The notes under the pieces were generated by a model, which was not told the origin of the DNA, did no database searches, and was given only the letters and a program-made list of their open reading frames with translations. The position numbers and the translations under genes were made by a program. This document shows positions 54,886-64,000 of a DNA stretch of 64,000 nucleotides, in pieces. The DNA lies in the NCBI GenBank assembly GCA_013239625.1, contig MU056905.1, positions 38,168,783 through 38,232,782 of the forward strand, given 5' to 3'. The number at the start of each line of letters is the position of its first letter. Positions within the stretch are counted from its first letter, which is position 1. This DNA is from Lama guanicoe (lineage: Eukaryota).

Positions 54886-55339
54886 TTACATTCTATTTAA
54901 TAACAATTTTTTTAAAATGGAAAGCAAAATCCCTCTGTCTTCATTAAATTCATCAGCACTCACAAGTGAGTAACAACACATTTGTGTTAGTGAGTACCTT
55001 TGAATTTCAGGGCTCTGTATCCTGGGCAGGGATTTATGCTGAGTATTTATGAAATATAGTGAAGAAGACAAAAGTGCCATAGCTACTTACTGTTGTTTTT
55101 TCTTGTGCTATATTACAGTGGCAATATATTATTATATTTAAGGTGAAAAATATAAATATATAGATTTTAGTCAGTTGCATGTTGTCAAAGCAGAATGACC
55201 AGGTTTTAGGATTCCAAAATAAACAAGCCAAAGCTGAGGAAAACTGATTTGTATCATTTTTGTTTTTTGTTTTGTACTTAAGTGGAGTGTATAGCTACAC
55301 TTTGAGTCTGAAAAGACTGGGAGGGACTGCTCAGAGAAG

Positions 55340-55580
55340 ATGGGATGGTGAAGTAGAAAGAGCATGGGCTTCAGGCTGGTGTTGGAATTTTAGCTCTGGC
55401 CTTGGCTGTGTGAAGTTGGACAAACTACTAAACTACTTAGACTTTTCTGGGCTTCAGGTTTGTTCCTCACCCCCCACCCCCCACCATTTTGTAAAACAGA
55501 TTCAACCTGCCAATTTTAAAGAACGTTGTGAGAATTATTTTTGTTGGCACACAGTAGACGCTCAATAAGTGGCAGCTTTG
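55340..55580 (+). mobile_element. MIR
   Basis: gtagaaagagcatgggctt..gctgtgtgaagttggacaa..ggcacacagtagacgctcaataagtggcagct. Confidence 0.7.
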
Positions 55581-55903
55581 TAAGAATTATTTGTGCCTGT
55601 AACTTAGGTAGAGAAGTTAAGGGTAAGCTTTAATAAGATGAATTTTGGAAAGAAGGGAGCTGGGCTGGGAACACAGGCCTTTGGGCGATTACAGTTGGAC
55701 AAGGGAGGGCGATGCAGCGGGCTGGGTTATCACAATGGGGGAACGATGGAAGGTCATCAGAGGGCATTTTGAAAATGTATATTAATTGGTTCCAATTAAT
55801 TCCAAGGAGAATTCCAAGAAAACGAACAAAATCTAAGTTTATTGTATCTACAGTATTTGTGGCTAAATGTATATTAATTTGCTAGGGAATTCACAATAAA
55901 ATG

Positions 55904-56354
55904 TGTCAACTAAATGTCACTTGCTATCTGCAGAGTCATTAGCCACTGCAGTCGCTGACCTTTAACGTACCCTGAAAGGAGTCTGGGGTGCAGGTCAGGA
56001 ATGAAGCACTCTGTGCTCTGGGAAAACTGGCAGAACAGATCTTGAGATAGTTAAGATATTTTCCAGAGAAAATTTGACAAACTCAAATTCTTGCACAGAC
56101 CCATACATAAAAAAGCACTAAAACTACTAACTAAGCTATCTGTTCCTCTTGGCTAGCAGTCACCTACCACCGAGACGTGTGTCTGACTGCACGTACCCCT
56201 CGCCAGAATCACATATACTGACCTCCCCCTCTTGTATTTTCGGAGCGGTTTCTCAGAGCTCTGAGAGGCTGTCTCCTGGGCTATAGTGCTCAGTGAGTCC
56301 TCATAAAACTGAAAATCACAGTCCTTACACTGTGACTTTTGACTTTGGTTGACA
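55904..56354 (+). mobile_element. ERV1-type solo LTR (MER34/MER39-like)
   Basis: Terminal inverted repeats TGTCAAC...GTTGACA and a 4-bp flank aatg/aata. Internal aatcacatatactgacctccccc...tttctcagagctctgagaggctgtctcctgggctatagt...cataaaact resembles this LTR group. Confidence 0.8.
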
Positions 56355-59300
56355 AATAATATGTAATTGTCCTTTAGAATCTCAGTGAAATGAGAATTTG
56401 GTTTTATCCATTTGTGCCTGAAAAGTCTTTTTAACTAGAAAGGCGATCAAATGACAGTCCTACATACTAGAGGAATATTACCAATTACTTGCTCTTTCCT
56501 ATGATGTTTTTAGAAACCTCATCAGGAAGCAAACAGCATTTATTATGCATAGAGATACAGTTATAATTGGTGATTGAAATTCGGACCAAGGATGCAGATG
56601 TAAGTGAATCATAGCTGTGGCCAAAGACGTATGGCCAAAGATGTATCAACAAATCAAATGCAACTCTGTATCTCTACTTGTTTAAAGGGAAATGATTATG
56701 TTCCAAGTACCACAGAATGGACACATAGATACTCAGCACACTAAAATAGATCATGGTCTATATATAAGACAATTCAATATTACATCATACCAATTACATT
56801 ATAAATCTGCCTAGCAACAAATATTCTTAGATACAGTAAGCTTGGATTTTGTTCATATTCTTGGAATTCTCCTGGGAACTGATTCTTTTTTATTTCCCTC
56901 TGGGTAAATTTCCATGTTGCTAGCAGAGACTTAAATCAGAGCTTTAACTAAATCTTAACTTTAAATAAAAGTTAAATTAAGCTGAGCCACAAGCTATCTG
57001 TGCATCATGGAACAGGATAAAAAGGTGATAGAGAGGAAAGAAATACTGAATAAGCACTGACCCCCCCACAAAAAAAATTAGTGAAAGAAACTCATTAATT
57101 TTCATGACCATCAGCAAAAACAGTAACAGCGATTTTGCTAAGCATCAAACTGCCTCTCTTTTATAGAAAAAGACCAAAAAGGTAAAAAGGGTACTGAGCC
57201 ATTTTCATTGTTGGGTGCTAAGATGTTTTGTTGACAGTTTTTCAGAAGACTTTAGACTTCATCTGTAAAGTGAGTGACAATTACTGTAACCTGGACTTTG
57301 AAATGGGAGTTTTGAAACATCTCTCACAGTATAGTGAACACCTCTACCCCACACACTGATTCGAAAATACTTTTGTACACCTACTGTGCGCTTGCCTCTG
57401 TGATCAACCTTGCTTTCAGAATTGGGAACAACAGACAGGGCTGCTCACGGTGCAGGGGGGAAGGCAGACGTGAACAAGTGAACAGATGCAAGTAAATACA
57501 CCCTCCTAGAATGCTGTGGGTCACAACGAGAGCTCGCTGCATTTCTCTAATGCGGTGAATTGTGCATGACAAGGAAGACTGTTACTGGCATCCATATTAC
57601 AAGTCCCCGCAGTTAACCTTAACCTTTCATAAGGATTCCCATTCAGGGCATTGATTTTGTTGTGCGGAGATTCTTGGAAGGTATGAGTTACCATTTGACA
57701 GCTAAGTATACTTAGAAACAAACAAAAAAGAAACGGCATCAGTTCTTTTGATCCTTGGACAGAAGAGATGCCATAAGGAAGAATGACTTTAACCCATTCG
57801 AAAGAAGTACCAAGTAATGGATGATCAGAAACAAACAAACAAAAAAACAAACAAGGAAACCTGGGCTTTTTGACTGAATATGTATCCTCCAAATGCTTTT
57901 CTGTGAAGTCAATGTTTTTCTAATTAGGCTTAAAAATGGGAAATTTTCTTGCAAAATTGATTTTCTATTAAGGCACTAAAGCAGTTTCTCTTCCCTTCTG
58001 CTTGGGTACTAATTAAATTATGTCCCAACTTGTTTTAATTCAGCAATCAATTTTTCCTCCATTTGTACTAGATCACAGAATCTCATTTAAAAATCGCTCT
58101 TTAATGAATTCTGCACAAAGGAGAGGTGATGGATGCTCTCTGATGGAGACAGAATAGTACTGGTCGAGTCAGGAGACAGACTCGAAAAAACAAAAAAGGG
58201 ATTCGGTTGTATTCTGGTGGTATATTTCTTAGGCTGTTTTGAGAGAGAAGAAATAGTAGTGAAAGGCATGGGGGTGAAAACTTAGGAACAAAATGCTAAA
58301 AGAAGAAGAGTCTAAATGCTTCGAAGATCTACTTGACACTGGGGCACAGGACCGAGACACTTTCTACAATGATCATAAATAAAATTTATTAAAAGAAGAT
58401 AGAATCTTAGTTATTGATTGTAACATCTGAAGGAATTAAGTGAGAATACTGAGTGGATTGTTCCAAAAGTCCGAAGGTTGGCTTCAGGTTTGATTTGTGG
58501 GGAGCATAAATAAATATTTCTTGATTCCGATGAAGAAAATTTCAAAAATCCACCAGGCAGACTAAGGCTGCACATATTAGAAGCCTTTTGCAAATGGAAG
58601 AACTGTATATGCTGATAATAAAGGATGCTCTTTGAAGCTTTCCCATGAAGAAGGGGAAAATTAAGAAATAAGATATCTAACCATCTCTCAAAACTCAAAG
58701 GATTTCTGTTTTAAAGAAACAGGAGGGATAGAGAGATGTAGCTGGCTTGTGAGCTCAGGGTCCATCTTCATCTCTTGGGAGGTGGAAGGGGAGAGGGTGA
58801 CCAGCCATGCAACATAAGAAAAGTCAAATGAACCTGAACTAGGCAGGTGGACTTGACTGTGTTAATTAGAGAAGCGTTATCAAGTCAGAAGGGAAACCTC
58901 AGCAGAGAGGTTTTCACGAGGGACTAGAATCTAACAATGGGAGTTGTGTGTTTGCTGGGGTGCTTCTGGATAATTTATCTCTTCAACACCCTCTGTATTT
59001 TAAGCATGTGCTCAGTTAACTTTCAGATAAGGCTGCTTCCCATTTTTTCCCCAAATTGCTTGCATATTAATCACTAAAATAACACGTAATTCTTTACCTG
59101 ACATAATTAACACATAATTCTTTAACTTACATAATTGCTTCATCATCTTATGACTTTTATATATTTTAACTTTCAACAACAAAGCCCTGCCCTGTTCTAT
59201 CACAGACCCAGGGTTGGATCTGAGTGGGCTGGATTTAACCCATATGAATCCAAGTCTCCCTGAACAGACTACTTTGATAAGTGGTTCAGTATTTAGATTC

Positions 59301-59984
59301 CAGAGCTGTTTCTTGAATGCCTTTTTCTCAGTTTCTTTGGTACGTTTTGCTCATTATGACATTAAAAATAAGATTTAACATTTTAGAGGAAAGCAAAACA
59401 AAAATCCTCAACAAAATTGCTCATATAAAGAGGAAGAACATTTCTTTAAAATCATGAGAACTAAAGTCAATCTAAGACTTCAGATGATTTGTACAGCTAT
59501 AATTTTCTCCAGTTAATGAACAGTGGCATGAAAAAAGAGCACAGATCAGTGAGAATAAGTAATTCTTTAGATTTAAATGTGACCGGAATCTTACTTTATC
59601 TATTATGAGAAAGTTTGTATCTGAATCTAGTCATCCGGAGATACTTTGTAAGCTAGACATCTGTTTCATGAGATTTCCTACATCACAAGAAAAGGCGGCA
59701 GTCACTCAGTTGAACACCAAAAATTATTATTCCCAAGTAGATCTCAAAGAGGAAAGATTCCAGAGTTTAAAAATGTAGTTAAAATGTAGTCTCATTAAAA
59801 ACTTCTACAGACGTTCAGCAAGTACAACGGTGGTGAGAAAAAGAATAGAGAAATACAGAAAGAGGAAAAAGAGCAGAACAGAGAGGGAGACGAATGCACA
59901 AGAAAGAAAAAACAAAAAAGTAGATTGGTCAAGAAGAGAGACTGGGTGACCTCTTGCTAATGGGACAGACACACATGGCAGCTT

Positions 59985-60180
59985 CCATGCTAGGCATTTG
60001 GTACACTATCCTACTTAATCTGTAGGATAAGGGGTAGGTCATGTTAGAGCACTCTCTAGGTGAAAAAAAAACCTCTGAATTTTAGAGAGCGTAAGTGATT
60101 TGTCCAAGGTCTCTGACTTAGTCAATGGATCAGTCAGGACTGAAACCCAGGAGTGTCGGATCTTAAAGGTAAGACGTTTC
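59985..60180 (-). mobile_element. MIR
   Basis: agagagcgtaagtgatttgtccaaggtc..aggactgaaacccaggagtgtcgga. Confidence 0.65.
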
Positions 60181-62009
60181 CCAGAAACCAGTCTCGCTGG
60201 CAATGAGCAAGGCAAAGATGGGGGTGAGGGAGGAACATGAGACAGCACTAATCCCCATGAAAGCAGGAGCAGTGTCCATTCTCACCACTTTCTTTCTTTT
60301 TTTTTTTTAACACCTGGCACAATTCCAGGAATATGGCACCATATATGAAATATTTGCATACTGAATCTTTGTGAATGAGTTGGGTGACAAAGATCTTAGG
60401 GAGAGAAGACACGGAAGAAGAAAGAAACAGAAGAAAGAAAGAGAGCAAGGCAGGGGGTGAGAACAAAAATGTGATTTTATTTTTGAGGGGGGAGGGCAGT
60501 CTACCTAAACTGTTAGATTCTAGAAAGTCAAATCTGTCCACTTAGTGTCAAGTCTCAGACTCTGCCCATAGAGGAAACTACCCAATGGCTTGCATTTCCT
60601 AACTCAGGCAAAAATGTTTACCAACTTTGTAGAAACCCAGCAGGGTGTGGTAGTGGAATCCATGCAACTTGATAGTGACCAGCTAGTAGAGGCGAGGGAT
60701 GTGAGCCATGGACCCTGGACAGGTGGGCAGTGTGAGGCACAAGTCAGCCATGTCTGGATACTCAACCAAAAAGCCAACCAATAATCAGTCAGTTAACAAA
60801 GACCCATCAGTTAATAAATACCTGTTATGGCCCCACTTTACGCCCCCGCCCCCAGCCACAAGGAATTTACACGGAGTCAGATACTTCTATAAAAGATAAA
60901 AATTCAATGAAACAGCTCACAACTTTGTTAAATGATTAGAAGCATGGTGATCAAATGATTAAACATTTCTTTTCATACAGATGTTGGATTTAATATTGAT
61001 ATTACTTACTCACAGGGAAGAACTAGTCATAAAAGTCATAAAATTTAAAAACTGAGTATCTTATTCTTAGGTGGTTCTACCCACAGAGAGGCTAAATCTA
61101 TTTCCCTACCAAAGAATCTAATTTTGAGTAACCTATTTGGTTAAGTAATGGATATTTCCTTCCCACAAAAAAAGCAGAGCTTAACTCAAATAATTCTGCT
61201 TCCTTTTGTACAACCAAGTCATAACTGTACAGCACTAGTAAAATTCAAGTTCAGGGCAGTAATAAACATATCTGTTCTAAAACCTCACTTCGTAGTAATG
61301 GCCACAGGGAACCTTACGTTTCTCAGGTAATGGTCTTGGTTGAGGTTCTCTGCAGTCTCGGGCTACTACTCTCTGATTTCCCTGGTGGCCCAAAGTGACC
61401 ACACCTGACAGAATCCTAGGGCTCTAGGAATCTTAAATGATGGAGGCTGTTGGCAAATTCTTGGGTCATTAAAAACCCATGTCAGGACTTAAAAAAAAAA
61501 TAAAGGCTGGAAAAGGAGTTGCTAATTTTAGGGATTCAGAGAAACTAAGAGGAGTTTGCTTTTCTGGTATCGGCCTGTTGATACATAAGCACAGAAAAAC
61601 GCCAGTGTCAGGCTGGCATGGAATAATCAAATAGAATTCGTTATGATGTAGTTTAGATGCACTAAGGATATTGAACATCCCCTTTTAAAATCACAGAAAA
61701 ACCCTGGGCTAAACTACTATAACTGGGGAAAAACAATGTGAAGAGGACTATAAAAATGTGAGTCATTAAAAACAAATAGATTTCAGATCAGCCTTTGTGA
61801 ATTTCATTTGATGTCTCACCCATCATGCTCTTGTATCTTTAGCAGAAACAATGAACTATCTGTGATATGCAGAAATAATCGAGGAAAAAAATGCCATTTC
61901 ATTTCTATTTAAGAGCTACATAACCCATGTAGAAAACATAACTTTTTTTTTTGTGGAAAAATACAAAAAATAAGATGACTTTTCACTGTCCATTTAAAGA
62001 AGTAGAGGG

Positions 62010-62036
62010 GTGTGTGTGTGTGTGTGTGCGCGCGCA
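62010..62036. repeat. (GT)n(GC)n microsatellite, alternating purine-pyrimidine tract
   Basis: gtgtgtgtgtgtgtgtgtgcgcgcgca read directly. Confidence 0.95.
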
Positions 62037-62272
62037 TCTCTCCAAGGAATTATCTATAGACCTGCACAGGTCTCTCTCTTTTCTTTCAAACAAGACCCAG
62101 GAGACCTGTGTACTTTTACCAAGGTTACACAGTCCCCTAACCCTCTCTGGCCAGCTGTCAGCCGCTGGAGGCCCAGTCATCCTTTGTAAAGAGCATCTCT
62201 CAGTAGGTTCTTATGTGGGTAGTAACTGGCGAGTACAGCTTGTCATATTGGAAATGGTAGCAATTCTCTTAC

Positions 62273-62440
62273 CTCCTCCTTCTCTGCACTTTGCAGATCA
62301 CGCCATTCCTCGGTTACGTGACCAAAATCCACTGTGTTCATGGGGACTTTAAATTCCCCAATGATGTCATGCTTGGAGAAACGATCAAAATCATACACGG
62401 CCATCACCAGAGTCTTGCCACCCAGTTCCGAGTATGGCAC
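62273..62440 (-). CDS. SYT1: Synaptotagmin-1 internal coding exon (168 nt, phase 0/0): C-terminal half of C2A including Ca2+-binding loop 3, plus C2A-C2B linker
   Basis: Translates to [56 protein letters not shown], recognised as mammalian SYT1. Acceptor tttctatacag|GTG (AG at 62441-62442) and donor GAG|gtaaga (GT at 62271-62272). Confidence 0.98.
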
Positions 62441-64000
62441 CTGTATAGAAAGAGGAGGATAAAATGTCTGGTCACAAAAATGCTTAAAGCACGTTACGTG
62501 TTTATAGTGTTTAATTTTAATATTTATGTTGGGTAAATAGAACAGGGAGGTGATTCTGCTTTGGGGTTTTTTGTTTGTTTTTTGTTTTTTTCCTTAAATT
62601 GAACAATTTGACTAAAAGCTTGAGGCTCGAATTACTTGGGAGAAAATGGGCACTTACCACAGTGATTTATCCCTTTATTCCAAAGTTCTTGAAGCTGGTA
62701 GCATTATTAATAACAGCTCCTGCTGTTAGTCATGCTATAAACACATCAAGAGCAATACAAGAATAAACCAAGCCGATTGCATTGGACTCTGTAAGTCCGT
62801 TTTCTTGTGGAATATTTTGTTGTTACTGTTAGGATCAGTTACATAGTCAGGGTGCAAGTCGGACAGACAACTTCTTTCAACAGTTCTGCGAACTCTTTCA
62901 AGCCATTTGGATGCTACAGTTTAATGGAGTGGTGATTTATGAAAAGGCATGCTAGGAGTCTGCAAAGATTGAAATGAAAGTTGCAAGGTGCCTTACCTAC
63001 TCCCTAAAATAATTTACTGATTGACAAGAGCTGACTAGAAAATTGATGTTTTGAATATCAGAGATGCATTATAATAGAGATCTCGAAGTTCATGCTCAGG
63101 TGTGGCAGTCTTTAGGATGGGGGGTGGCAAAAGGCCAAGAACTGATGACTTCTCCAGCTGGTCAGAAATACCTGGGACAGATGTTACGGGCTGGGATATT
63201 TATTAGTGACATTTTTAATATTCAGGGAAAGCAGTGCAATCCAAGAGCGCTACACTTCAGTGACTGGGTAGAGATCCCTAATTAAGAAATTGTTAGACTT
63301 GTATTGAAGGTTTCATCAGTTTCCAGACACTTCCTATTATTTTATCAGTGTAAACTGTTGTCTTAGGCTCCAGCAAACATTGCTCCATTAACTCTGTATA
63401 TTAAGAAGGAAAGGAGAAGGAAGAATATTTGACTGTATATGGACAAAAAGTTTAATTTTTCCTGAGAGTTATTTCCTGTCATTTATTGGTCATCTATTTG
63501 GAATCTGATTAAAATTGTATGATTAAAAACTAGTCACAGTGTATGTTCCATTTTCAAAGGAAAAAAATAAACCCTTCTAAAGAGCTGAATTTGAAAGGAA
63601 GAAATAAGGAATTTTAGAGTAGGGATGAACTCTTGAAAATTTCACCTTGTTTCTGAAATGTCTCTGGATTTTTTGGTGACTGTATTGAAATGGTATCAGT
63701 CATGAACCTGGGTTTTGGATCAGACAGGCCTGGGCCTAAGTTTCCCCACTTTCCCGCTAAAGGACTGGGGCAGGTAAAGAAATCTGAGCTTTTTTTTTTA
63801 ATCCAACAAAGAGTGATGATGATAATAGTGACTACTTCACAGAGGCTGGTTGAGGCCAAATGTGCACAAGTGAAGCACTGAGCACCGTGTTGGTGCACAG
63901 TGGGCGCTTACTAGTTGTTGTTGGTTAGTAGCTCTTTCAGGTGGGAGTTGTGTGGGAGGAAAGAAGCATTTAGTTTGGGGCATGCTGAGTTCATGTGAAG
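62441..64000 (-). other. SYT1: 3' end of the preceding SYT1 intron
   Basis: Ends in a pyrimidine tract plus CAG. The upstream C2A exon was not seen in the window. Confidence 0.88.
63670..63930 (+). mobile_element. MIR
   Basis: gggttttggatcagacaggcctggg..gataatagtgactacttcacagagg..gtgaagcactgagcac. Confidence 0.7.

Larger units (their letters stand above)
26627..62272 (-). other. SYT1: SYT1 intron, 35,646 nt, GT-AG, phase 0
   Basis: Bounded by canonical splice sites of two exons whose peptides are contiguous in SYT1. Confidence 0.95.

Noticed and set aside
62243-62272. ORF-track extension VRELLPFPI* after the C2A exon (truncated C2A-only isoform)
   Set aside because: Simple read-through of a strong gtaaga donor. 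I saw no nearby sense-strand poly(A) signal. The ORF's 'start' is the exon's GTG Val codon.

Overview
Mammalian genomic DNA, AT-rich and CpG-depleted. It is most likely camelid (camel/alpaca), judged from two Vic-1-type tRNA-derived SINEs. The window lies inside the synaptotagmin-1 (SYT1) gene, transcribed on the minus strand. Only two coding exons are present: 62273-62440 (168 nt, second half of C2A plus the C2A-C2B linker) and 26509-26626 (118 nt, start of C2B). They are separated by a 35,646-nt GT-AG intron. The next intron runs off the left edge (>26.5 kb) and the previous one off the right edge. The rest is intron filled with old MIR, L2, CR1/L3, L1M, MLT1 and MER5 relics, an ERV1-type solo LTR and a few younger SINE/L1 insertions with target-site duplications. 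Almost all entries in the ORF track are chance ORFs. I found no convincing novel multi-gene system. The best leads are non-coding: a CpG-retaining patch with paired motifs and an RFX X-box (~3.0-3.6 kb), a divergent CTCF-like motif pair (33.7/34.8 kb), a ~70-bp dispersed duplication (23.0/24.2 kb), an unexplained purine-rich block that may be an ancient LINE 5' region (34.9-39.1 kb), a GC/CpG patch with a hairpin (48.6-49.0 kb) and an octamer/homeodomain cluster (19.3 kb). Repeat names and boundaries are by-eye recognition and approximate.
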